A DNA stretch of 64,000 nucleotides from Octopus sinensis (Eukaryota), in contig NC_043018.1 in the NCBI RefSeq assembly GCF_006345805.1, positions 11,098,001-11,162,000 of the forward strand. Reading direction: 5' to 3'. Made by a program: the position numbers and the translations under genes. The notes below the pieces were generated by a model. It did no database searches and had not been told where the DNA came from. It worked only from the letters and a program-made list of their open reading frames with translations. This document shows positions 52,196 to 64,000 of the stretch, piece after piece (position 1 is the stretch's first letter; the number at the start of each line of letters is the position of its first letter).

Positions 52196-53439
52196 TTTGT
52201 GTGTAACGTGACATTTCGTGACCAAATGAAAACGGCAAAAATAAACGTGTTAAAAAATTCAGTAAATCTATTCGGCACAGAATGAATGGAACTGTTTAAA
52301 TTGTGGAATGCGCCCATAAGTGTTTTGTGTGAAAATACAGTCGGTTCAGTCGAAGGTCCCGGAGAGACTAAAATGGAAAATAACAGATGTTTTCTTGGAC
52401 GAACTGGGCTGCTGCACGAAAACGAAGGCAAAAATTATAGTAAAGTAAAGTGCGACACCCGTATTTAAGCCAAAACGGAATGTACTGTTCACGGCACTAG
52501 AACAGGTAAATAAGGAACTTGAAAGCCTTGGAATAATCGAGAAGTCGGACCACTCAGATTGGGCAGCACCTAGGGTCTATGTAAAAAAGAAAAATATGCT
52601 GAGAGTTTGTGGAGATTTTTCAACGGGGTTGAATGATTGCTTAATCTCACATAACTTCCCGTTGCCAAGTCCAAACTAAAATGGAGGGAAATTCTTCTCA
52701 AAATTAGACCTCTCGGAGGCATATCTACAAATTCAAGTAGAAGAAGAATGCTCAAACTTATTAACCATTAATACACACCGTGACTTCTTTAAATTTAAGT
52801 GGCTTCCCTTCAGTGCAAAAGTGACCCCTTCTATATTTCAGCAAGTAATGAATACAATGCTGGATGACTGTGATTTTGCTATCGCCTGTTTAGACGACAT
52901 CCTACTAAAAAGCGAATCACATGAACATGTAGAACACATAAAGAGGGTATTCGAAAAGATAAGATAAAATTAAATACTTGGGCCAGATAAGAGATAAAAA
53001 CGGACGGAAATCGCTTCCATCCAGATCAACTGCGATAAAAAAAATATGCCCACGCCGAATAATGTGACTATGCTACAAGTATTCTTGAGTTTAGTAAATT
53101 ACTACCAAATTTATATTCCCAATACCGTAAATCCTCGAGTATAATCCGCATTTTCCCCAAAAAATTTAAAGGTCAAAATCCCTAGTGCGTACTATGTACG
53201 AGGTTAAAAATGAAAATTATTTTCTAAGCAATGTCCGAGTCTCTATTTGCTATCTGGCAATGTTTATTCAGACGTATTTTGTGATGTCGGGTGCGAAAAT
53301 ACCTTAAGCTAAACCTGAAAGCAATGAAGTCATAAAAGAATCATCCATAACTTGCAGTAAGCAACATTTACTAAACGTTATTACTGTTATTACTATTATA
53401 TCTGTATGGGACCTGTACAGCCCTTATCAACCATTTGTC

Positions 53440-53845
53440 AATCGCCAGTTTTCACATCATCCACCAGATAAGGGATTGGTGGACCTTGTCAAAGGCTTTC
53501 TCTAAGTCCACAAAAGCCAAATATAGGGGTTTATCTTTGGCTAGGTATTTCTCCTGCAGTTGCCGTAACAGGAATATAGCATCAGTGATGCTTCTACCTG
53601 GTACAAAACCAAACTGCATCTCATCTAAGCGGACTCTCTCCCTAATTATTTGGGTTATGATCCACTCCGTAACCTTCATCACCTGATCCAGCAGTTTGAT
53701 ACCCCTGTAGTTATTTCTGTCTAAAGCATCACCTTTACCATTGTAACAGTTGACTAAGGTGCTTCTACGCCAGTCATTGGGTATGACTCCATCATGAACT
53801 ACCTGCTTTACAATACGGGTCACTAGGCCATAGCCAACACTACCA
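53440..53845 (-). mobile_element. RTE-clade LINE reverse transcriptase fragment
   Basis: NYRGIKLL, QFGFVPGRSITDAIF, FVDLEKAFDKV. Confidence 0.9.
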
Positions 53846-54389
53846 TATATATATATATATATATACTTTAACTACAATGAGAGGTTGGTGTTGCTGAGAG
53901 AGAAATACAGCAAGAGAGGGAAAGAGAGTGTGTATGTGTGAAATATAATAGATGTCGCTATACTAGTTTAGCAAGCTTTTATTGAAAGCAGGAATAAGAG
54001 ATACAAGATACAGTGTACTTGTATCTAAAAAAAGATTGAATGCCGAATAAATGGGGGTACACTGTATGTGTGTGTGTGAAGTAGACCATTGTAAAAAAAA
54101 GTTGCTGTCATTGTCTATCTGATACTCTACAAATTCAGTTACGTAGCCTTTCTGCTCAATGCTTATCAGCTGAAACAATTATCTACAAGATCAAAAGGCT
54201 TTGTCATACTGAATCCCCTCTCAAATTCTCACACTTATTGCAGCGGTGATTCAGTTTTTCTAAGCCCTGTAAAAGAACTTGGAAGGTTAGATCTCCAACT
54301 AGGCCCTTTGTGATACTGTTAAAGGCAGGAACTTTTCAGCAACCCGTCATAACTATGTATATAAGTGTGCAGCTGACCCACCTTGAATG

Positions 54390-55420
54390 ACAACCTATTG
54401 AATGAGACTGTTGTATCAGATCCATTTCAAAGCACCAGAGATTTGGCGCGAAAATTTAATGTGTCGTGTTCAACTATCCATGAACATCTCAAGTAAATTG
54501 GGAGAACATGCAAAGAGGGAATTTGGATTCCACATGAACGTGGCCGATGCCAGAGCTGCTTTGACTGGCTTCCGTGCCAGTGGCACGTAAAAAGCACCAT
54601 CTGAACGTGGCCGATGCCAGAGCTGCTTTGACTGGCTTCCGTGCTGGTGGCACGTAAAAAGCACCAACCAATTGTGGCTGCTGCCAGCCTCCCCTGGCAC
54701 CTGTGCCAGTGACACGTAAAAAGCCCCCACTACACTCATGGAGTGGTTGGCGTTAGGAAGGGCATCCAGCTGTAGAAACACTGCCAGATCAGACTGGAGC
54801 CTGGTGCAGCCTCCTGGCTTCCCAGACCCTGGTCGAACCGTCCAACCCATGCTAGCATGGAAAACGGACATTAAACGATGATGATGATGAACTTACGCTT
54901 GAGAACTGAACCATCTGCAGCAGTTTGCTAGCCAGGAATAACAACCTGTCATTGCTGTAGCATATTGTTATAGGTGATGAAAAATGAGTTTTGCATCACA
55001 ACAGAAAACGAAAACGACAATGGTTATCATGTAACGAGAGGCCACTGCCAATGCCAAAACCAGAACTCCATCCACAAAAGTCCTTGCTCTGTGTTTTGTG
55101 GAACATGAAAGGTATCATCCATTATGAGCTACTGGAATATGGAAGGACAATCAATGCAGATGTCTATTGTTAACAACTTGATCGTCTAAATGAAAACTTA
55201 CAATGAAAATGGCCAGCTTTGGTAATCAGAAAAGGTGCTTTTCTCCAGCATGAAAATGCACGTCCACACTCTTCAAAACAAACTCTACGGATTTCTATCA
55301 CTGGAACATTTTATATGAGGCAAAACATTCAGAAATAGGGAGGAAGTTGAAAATAGCCTAACCGACATTTTTCAGGAAATGAAATAGGATTCTTTGAACA
55401 TGGTATAAAAAAGTTACTTT
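54390..55420 (+). mobile_element. Decayed mariner (DD34D) transposase interrupted by a SINE
   Basis: WIPHE, IVIGDEK, PKPELHPQK, HYELL, QHENARPH; multiple stops. Confidence 0.88.
54541..54891 (-). mobile_element. Third SINE family with (GAT/CAT)n tail, inserted in the mariner
   Basis: ATGAAC duplicated at both junctions. Related copies at ~24690-24900, 55520-55945 and 62460-62715. Confidence 0.75.
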
Positions 55421-56211
55421 CCCATTGGGCTGAAGCAAGCTACTTACCACACAGCCACTCCTGGTTCTATGTTACATACTTCTTGTTTTAAAGTGATCCT
55501 AATTAAAATCTTCCTTCAAAAGTTCATCATCATCATTGTTTAACGTCCTCTTTCCATGCTAGCATGGGTTGGATGAATGACTGAGGGCTGGCAAACCAGA
55601 TGGCAGCACCAGGCTCCAGTCTTGATCTGGCAGAGTTTCTAAAGCAGGATGCCCTTCCTAATGCCAACCACTCTGAGAGTGTAGTGGGTGCTTTTACGTG
55701 CCACCAACACAGGGGCCAGTCAGGCGGTACTGGCAGTGACCTTGCTTGAATCTTTTTACACATGCCACCAGCACAGGTGACGTTGGTAACGATCACGCTC
55801 AAATGGTGTCTTTTACGTGCCACTGGCACGGAGGCCAGGTAGCCACTCCGGCAACGATCACGCTCAGATGGTGCTCTTTAAGGCAACGCTGGTAACGATC
55901 ATGCTCGAATGGAGCCTTTTAAGTGCCACTGGCATGGAAGCCGCTTATTTCAAACAGCAAATGACAAAGTTATTTTACTAAATTCTTCGTTATTTTCAAA
56001 ATTAATTGAAACAAAGGCAGTGAATTTCATCAAAAATATGGTAACATAGGCCCTGGAGTGGCTGTGTGGTAAGTAGCTTGCTTACCAACCACATGGTTCC
56101 GAGTTCAGTCCCACTGCATGGCACCTTGGGCAAGTGTCTTCTACTATAGCCTCAGGCCAACCAAAGCCTTGTGAGTGGATTTGGTAGACAGAAACTGAAA
56201 GAAACCTGTTG

Positions 56212-56242
<31 letters not shown>

Positions 56243-57963
56243 TTGTTCCCCCAACATCGCTTGACAACCGGTGCTGGTGTGTTTATGTCCTTGTAACTTA
56301 GTGGTTCAGCAAAAGAGATCGATAGAATAAGTACTAGGCTTACAAAGAGTAAGTCCTGGGTCAATTTGCTCGACTAAAGGTGAATAACAAAAGGGTTAAA
56401 TGGCACTATATGAACTTTAATTAATTCTGACTGAAAACATTTTTTTCTTATTCATCTTGTTCCAGGTAAAATATGAACTAAGTTTCTGGGGAACAAGTTT
56501 ATCTTTTTAACCAGTAGAAAAATAAAAACAACAAAAATAAACAAACACAAAAGCCAACATTCAGGACTTTAAATATTTGGTCAAATTTATTGCTTACGAA
56601 AGAAAGAAAAATTATGAAAATTTCAATCAGGTATTTTAATCTAAAATAATTAGCAAAGAAAATGTGAAAGTTTTTTTTCTTTTAAAAAGAGTACAAAAAT
56701 AATAAGTAGACCACGCATTCTTTTCTTTTCAAAAACTAGAAAACCATTGACAACATTCAACAAATAAAACCATTTATAAAGAGCTTAGTTAATCCTCCCA
56801 TGCCCTCCCCAGTTAGGAAAATTTCAATCGTATTTTTGTTAAAAATATAAGGAAAAAAACAAAGAAAACAAAAATAACATTTTTAAAGCTTCAATTTTAT
56901 TTGTTTTAATTAAAAAAAAAACAACAAAAGACAAATATTAGATCTAATTTTAAACTATTATTTGAATCTGTTCTCTTTTTCTTTCTTTTCATATTTAGTT
57001 TATCTAAAAAGTACATTTTTATGCTTACATTTTAAAACAGACTTGAGCTCAAAAGATTCAAGGAGCAGAGCAAAATATAAGGCTGGACTAGTTTATTTTA
57101 GTAAAGTCGACATGCTTAACCCTTTGAACTTGCAAGTACACTGTCTCTGACCCTGGTAGGAAACGCAGGCAGCCACATAGTTGTGGGTTTATGACTGAAA
57201 AATAACGTTTCTGCTAATTAGCAAGCCATAAACACCAAATCATGTGACCACCGGCTTTTTCTTCTAAGGGTATGGTCAAATGAAATCATCTACATAACAT
57301 CCTCTTCTCCATGCTTACATGGGTCAGATGGAATTCATTGAAGCAGATTTTATATGACCACATGACTTTCCTGTTACCAATCCTCACCTGTCTCTAATAA
57401 TTCCTCATTGCCAGACACATTTCTCACAGAAGACAAGAAATGAACAACATTGCTTGTATGACAGTGATGCCAGTCCACAACATCATGTGATGACTAGACA
57501 AGGGTACAAACACGCACACACACACACACACATATATATTTATACAAAGGCCTTCTTTCAGTTTCCGTCTGCCAAATCCACTTGCAAGGCATTGGTTGGC
57601 TTGAGGATACAGAAGCCCAAGGTGCCATGTAGTGGGACTGAACTTCAGACCACATGATTGGAAAGTAAGCTTCTTAGCTGCATAGCCATGCCTGCACCTT
57701 GCAGGTTCAAACAGTTAGCTTACAATGAACAAGAAATGGCTGATTAATAACTGCAGCAACCAAGTGTTTTGAGCACAGCAACGCTGACAAATTGTCTTGA
57801 ACACAAAATGATATTCCATTTATTGTTTTTTTTTTGTTTTTTTTTGCATTTCCCATAATCCCAAAAGAAGAAACAAAGTTAGTACAGTGAAAAATTTTTT
57901 ACAAATCATTATATATAGAATGGCACACAATAAAGTATCCCAGGTTCTGTAGTACAGTGTAAA

Positions 57964-58357
57964 TCTCTCTATATATAAAGCTGAAGTTGTCTGTGTATGG
58001 CAGGTGCTGGTAGCTTTCAACTAACACTATCTCCTCCGAGACCCTGTGGCGCAAGTTGACCAAAATTCAGAGTATGATAGAAGAAGGCTTACTCTTCCTT
58101 CCATAGAAGAAAAAATTCAAATCGGACCATGTTAACACCAAAAATTATTTACATCAAAAAGGTGCTTTTTTTTCTATGAAAATCCCTATTTTTTACGATT
58201 TTTTTACTGCTGTGTCGCTATTTTTCAGTGTATTTCAACCAGAAAAATGTTCACTTAAAGAGAATATCAAGCTACATAATGCAAAATTTTTACTTTTCAA
58301 AAATTCCAATTCTAAAGGGTCGAAACAAACCCAAGCAACGCCGGGCGATACTGCTAG
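57964..58357 (+). mobile_element. Non-autonomous Helitron
   Basis: A|TCTCTCTATATATAAAG 5' end; 3' CCC-AAGCAACGC-CGGG hairpin then CTAG|T. The 3' end resembles the Helitron end at 17421. Confidence 0.8.
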
Positions 58358-58549
58358 TACAGAAATAAACTTACATAAAAAAGCACTGAGCTTCTCGTTT
58401 GCAAGTGTCATTTTGACTGCTTGTAACTGCTGAACAAAGATGGCACACTACTTGACTGTTTGTTACGTTATTCTCACTGTATTCTCACCACATTAATCGA
58501 TAGTAAGATTGCAGTGAGTGAGTGAACATCTCTAGTCTTTTCTGCAAGA

Positions 58550-58945
58550 TGATGTACTCAGCAGTGAAAAGAGTGGAGATTGTGAAAGTGTATGTGAGAA
58601 CAGGTTCTGTTAAGCAAAATGTGTGAAATTTTTGTAAAGGCTCACAGGAAAAAGGAACGATACAAATGTTGGTTAAGAAGTGGTGTGCTACAGGGTCAGT
58701 GCACAATGCCCCGAAACAAAGACACCCTACAGTTTGAATGCTGAAAGTTATTCAAGACTTAAAACAAAGGATTACTCAAAGTCCTTTAAGAAGTCAATAT
58801 GTAAATTAGTGCAACAGCCTCATATGAGCAGGAGATCATATGCCAACAGGTGTAGGAAAGTCTAAAATTGAAGCCATATCGTTTCACAAGTGTACAGCAA
58901 TTAAAAGTGGATGACAAGAGCAAACGAGTAAATTACTGGACCTGG
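58550..58945 (+). mobile_element. Decayed Tc1/mariner transposase N-terminus (DUF4817-type HTH)
   Basis: MYSAVKRVEIVKVYVRTGSV...TIQMLVKKWCATGSVHNAP...KKSICKL...LKPYRFTSVQQLK.DD..KRVNY. Confidence 0.75.
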
Positions 58946-59529
58946 CCTTCAATAATAGTTACAATCAGTAGGAGCAACACAATGACACTTACAAAGGAAA
59001 GGCTGGGTGCTTTTCATGCGTGTGATATTTTTTTTGTATTTACACTGTGTTAAAGAAACCAGGATACTTTTCCGTGTGCTAGCTTTGCTCTTTCTCATTC
59101 TCTTGAGAAGATGGCAGACGAATTTCAATTGTACACAAGTCCCTTTACAGAAGAGAGACACAAAATAACACCTTAATTAACTGCATGAATACCCAAACGT
59201 GCACATCCTCACACACACACACGCAGAAACAGAAAATTCATAGCTCACAACTTGGATGACAGTGGAACCTTAAGTTTTGTCTACTGGTATATTCAACCAG
59301 TTGAATAAGCTAGTTGCATAAATTGTTATACAACACTGGTTGAATAATAAATTTTATTTTACTTCCAACAGTAAACCTTCAGTTGCCATTTCTTAAATTA
59401 ACAATATATATATATATATATATATATATTTCTAGTCTCAGCTCAGAGCTGTGGCCATGCTGATGCACTGCTGTTTAAATATATATATACACACACAATA
59501 AACTATATATATATTTTATTTTTTATTTA

Positions 59530-59926
59530 TATACATATATACATGCAAATAAATATGTAGTTTATTTAAATAATAAATATTTAAATATATATATATATAT
59601 AGTTTATTTAAATAATAAATATTTAAATATATATATAGTTTATTTAAATAATAAATATTTAAATATATATATATATAGTTTATTTAAATAATAAATATTT
59701 AAATATACATATATATAGTTTATTTAAATAATAAATATTTAAATATATATATTTCTTTAAATAACAAATATTTAAATATTTATATATATGTATAGTTTAT
59801 TTAAATAACAAATATTTATATATATCTATAGTTCATTTAAAATATATATATGTGTGTGTATATATATAGATAGATATACTTTTTTTAAATAACAAATATT
59901 TATATATATATATATAATATATATAC

Positions 59927-59977
<51 letters not shown>

Positions 59978-59993
59978 CATATATATATATCTA

Positions 59994-60091
<98 letters not shown>

Positions 60092-60096
60092 GATAT

Positions 60097-60131
<35 letters not shown>

Positions 60132-60348
60132 ATATATATATATATATCTATATATACACATATATATATATATATAACACATATATATATATTATATATA
60201 TACACATATAATATATATATATATCACATATATCTATATATATATATATAATACACATATATACATATATATATATACATATATATACATATATATATAT
60301 ATATACATATATATTATACATATATACATATATATATATACATATATA

Positions 60349-60406
<58 letters not shown>

Positions 60407-61383
60407 GAGAGGAAATCCCCACCGCCAATCAGTAAACATTGTGTTGCTACCCCTTAAAAATAGGCTAAAACTTAGAATGTGTGTGTATGTTTGGTTTTAT
60501 ATCAAGTTATATATAAAAACAGCTTGACATCATTTTGGAGGATTCTTACTGTTATTCCTTTACTTCTTTCAGTGGCCAGACTGTGGTCATGCTGGGGCAC
60601 TGCCTTGAAGAATTTTAGTTGTGTTTATTTTCAAGCCTGGTACATATTCTATAGGTACTCTTTTGCCGAACTGCTGTGTTACAGGCACACAAACACACCA
60701 ACACCCATTACCAAGCAGGGATGGGGTGATGAACACAGACACACATACAGATATATATATATATATATATTTATAGACATATCTATATGTATATATATAT
60801 ATAATTATAAACAAGGGCAAAAGAAAAAAGATTTCTATGCCAATATGCTGAGAATAGACTTTAAATCGTCAATCACCACATTTATAATATACATTCACTA
60901 TGAATACACGTCGTGCAGAAATCGAGGAAGGCAAGCTCACAGAATTTTTTTTTTTAATTCGTTATCTCTATATTGAATCAATTTCGGGATTAATCCCATG
61001 GATTTTTCTCTCTTCAGTAGAGAATACGATAAGAAATAAATGAAATACTTACAAGCGCCCATGGCAAAAAAGCACAAGTGAAAGTCATAAGTACACATAA
61101 GTACCCCAGTTATATCAAATTCCATCATACACCAGATGAGCCATTGACAATTTTGATGGAATTGCATTAGTCAGAAGAGAGGAACCATGAAAGGAGTGTG
61201 GAGAGTGTACAAAAATAAAGGGTGAAAAATCATGATGGTGTTCCAGCATAGCCACAGCCATCTGTTTGAAACACAAAAGAATTAATATACATACATATAT
61301 ACACACATAGGCATATATATATACATATATATATACACATATGCATATATATATATACATACATATATATATATACACATATG

Positions 61384-61417
<34 letters not shown>

Positions 61418-61469
61418 GCATATATATATATATATATAACACATATGCATATTATATATATATATATAT

Positions 61470-61520
<51 letters not shown>

Positions 61521-61807
61521 TATACATATATATATATTATATATATATATATATATAATATATATACATATATATATATATACACATATATATATATATA
61601 CACACATATATATATACATACATATATACACATATGTATATATCCATACATATATACACACATATATATATACATACATATATACATATACATACATATA
61701 TTACATATACATACATATATATAACATATATACATACATATATATACATATACATATATATATACATATACATACATATACATACATATACATATATATG
61801 TATAATA

Positions 61808-61853
<46 letters not shown>

Positions 61854-61855
61854 TT
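59530..61855. repeat. AT-only minisatellite (~35-40 bp, 59530-59830) and (TA)n/(TACA)n arrays (59890-60405, 61285-61855)
   Basis: Direct reading. Confidence 0.9.
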
Positions 61856-62168
61856 ATATAATTACAAAAACTGTTACTCAGAGTTTTACATTCCTGTCCG
61901 TCACATTATCACAAGGCAGGATCTTTAACATTGCCCTTGTTTAAAAGTAAATGCTGCCTGTGTTCAATATCCAACAACAATTAACAACAAACAAAAGTGC
62001 CCCTGCATCTCTCTTGATTCAAGTTTCATGTTTACCTCTTCCTTGCTTCCTTTCTCCATTCCTACAAGTTTTCCTTTTCTTCCTTACACTCTCTCTCTCT
62101 CACACACACTGTCTCTTTCTCTCTCTTGCATTCTCGCTCTCTCGTGCACCCTCTTTCTCCCTCCAGAC

Positions 62169-62314
62169 TCAGCTCTTTTTTGAAGACAACAAAGTCAGGA
62201 TGAGTTTGTTATCTGTTGCATCAGCTGGTGTTTCCCCTTCGTTACATTTCATGGATGGGTCAGCATGGTTCTCAAGGAGTTTCTGAACAATCGATTCATA
62301 TTCACAAGAAGCAG
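62169..62314 (-). CDS. ACBD6: Last coding exon of an ankyrin-repeat protein, likely acyl-CoA-binding domain protein 6 ((A)ASCEYESIVQKLLENHADPSMKCNEGETPADATDNKLILTLLSSKKS*)
   Basis: ttctttgttaaag acceptor, phase 1. Ankyrin consensus (..IV.LLL..GADP...G.TP). Resembles the ACBD6 C-terminus (HYASACEFLDIVELLLQSGADP) as recalled. Too short for the ORF track; upstream exons lie beyond the window. Confidence 0.6.
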
Positions 62315-62915
62315 CTTTAACAAAGAACAAAAAAGAAATAGAAGAAGAAAGAAACCATTAATAATAATCAAACAAGCAATGATTTCATAAGCAGTAATGA
62401 GTTTTACAATTCTCTAAATAATTATGCTTTTTCTTTATAAGCTTAAACTTATGAGATTACTGTCATCATTATCATTTAATGACCGCTTTCCATGCTGGCA
62501 TAGGTTGGACAGTTTGACTGAGGACTGGCGAGCCAGAAGGCTGCACCAGGCTCCAATGTGATCTGGCAAAGTTTCTACAGCTGGATGCTCTTCCTAACGC
62601 CAACCACTCTGTGAGTGTAGTGGGTGCACTTTACGTGCCAGGCGAGGCTGGCAACGACCATGATCGGGTGGTGCTTTTTACGTGCCAGCGACACGGAGGC
62701 CAGTCGGGGCGGCACTAAAGATTAAAACTACAGTTAATATTTATAGTAAACAAAGGGTGTGAGCTGGAACAATGGTTAGCATGCTGGGCAAAATGCTTAG
62801 TAGCAATCCGTCTGTCTTTATGTTCTGGGTTTAAATTCCACTGAAGTTGACTTTGCCTTTCATCCCTTTCAGAGTCAACAAAATAAGTACCAGTTGAGCA
62901 CTGGGATTGATTTAA

Positions 62916-63133
62916 CCCCTTAGCATTTAAACCGGCCATATCCGGCTTGTGTATTTTACCTGTTTTAAGTTCAGATTAGCCAGATCTGGCCTCTCACACC
63001 TACCCAACAATGTCATTCTAAACATAAAAACAATCACATCATTTGAAATCTTGAAGCTGAAGATATACATGAATTAATTCAAAACAATGTGGAAATAAGC
63101 ACTACATTTAACAGTAATCTGAATGCTGAAGGG
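62916..63133. mobile_element. piggyBac-like MITE nested in a SINE
   Basis: TTAA|cccct(t)agcatt...aatgctgaaggg|TTAA. Confidence 0.8.
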
Positions 63134-64000
63134 TTAATCAACTCACCCCTACCCTGACATTGCTGGCCTTGTGCCAAAATTTGAAACCAATATTAATTAG
63201 TATTCCTTTCTAATGTAGGCACAAAGCTTGAAATTTGGGTGGAGAAGGAGCAGTTGATTACATCAACCCCAGTGTTCAATTGGTCCTTATTTCGTCAACC
63301 CCAAAGAGATGAAAGGCAGTCAGCCTCAGGGGAATTTGAATTGTACAGACAGATGAAATGCCATGAAGCATTTAGTCTGGTATGCTAGCAACTCTGCCAG
63401 CTCACCACCATAATGATGATGATGATGAAAGGTAAAACTTGGAGGAATTTAGAATCAAAATATAAAGAGATATAACAAAGCAGCAGGGCATTGTGTTAGA
63501 AATGGTGAAATTTGATCTCAGAAAGCTGGACCTCAAAAGAAGAAGAGTCACTGTCTGTGCTAGAAAAGTTTCTTCCAACTCATGAATACATGGAGAAAAA
63601 CAGATATAAAAATTATGACAATGATGAATTTAAACAATGATTTGTAATTTCAACACAAGTCCATCAATTCATAGGGAAGGAGTTTTGTTGATATAATCAA
63701 ATGTAATATATCAATGGTATTTATTTATTTATCAGACCCCAGAGAGATGAAAAAGAAAATTTACCTCAACAAGATTTGAACTTAGACCATAAAGGAACAA
63801 TGAAATATTACACAATCTTTACTACTGACCACACTTCCAACCTTGATTTGTTCACTACATTCATCTGTCATTCCCCTCTCACCTACCCTTCCTGATTCTC
63901 TGTCCATATTCTCTCTTAAACTCACTTTCTTGTATCTTGAGAGTATGCTCAAACACCTGATTGCCAACATCATTTTCTTCTTTCCAGTTACTCCCTCTCA

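Larger units (their letters stand above)
49690..53115 (+). mobile_element. Decayed Gypsy (Mag/K02A2.6-like) LTR retrotransposon with nested insertions
   Basis: PBS-like tggtgttagagaag at 49929; gag SLFNTCWKCLNL..FKCLIF; protease LDTGSDFTILN; RT DHSDWAAP, CGDFSTGLN, KLDLSEAYLQI, CLDDILL. Confidence 0.85.

Noticed and set aside
7846-60976. Recurrent short ORFs such as MLGGQTQTH..., RHLPKVPRSGTEP...
   Set aside because: Chance frames of the multi-copy SINE, not a gene family.

Overview
AT-rich, repeat-dense animal genomic DNA. The tRNA-derived SINE families and extreme microsatellite load point to an octopus/coleoid cephalopod (inference). A 100-N scaffold gap lies at 15297-15396. The main gene is a complete minus-strand inosine-uridine-preferring nucleoside hydrolase (IUNH family). 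It has five shared coding exons (34021-33945, 29558-29378, 27328-27154, 24267-24151, 22882-22746) and two intact duplicated terminal exons (6a 21325-20999; 6b 17038-16715). Both terminal exons splice in frame onto exon 5 and differ mostly in the segment just before the catalytic Cys-Asp. Exon 1 has two in-frame ATGs separated by a mitochondrial-presequence-like peptide. The window also holds the last exon of an ankyrin-repeat gene (probably ACBD6, 62314-62169, minus) and an unidentified plus-strand terminal exon (15772-16053) lying tail-to-tail with the hydrolase. The rest is transposon debris (mariner/maT, Helitron, CR1, RTE, Tx1/L1, Gypsy, Penelope with a hammerhead ribozyme, hAT/piggyBac/MULE-like MITEs, many SINEs) and simple repeats. 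All alignments were done by eye, and repeat boundaries are approximate unless TIR/TSD evidence is quoted.
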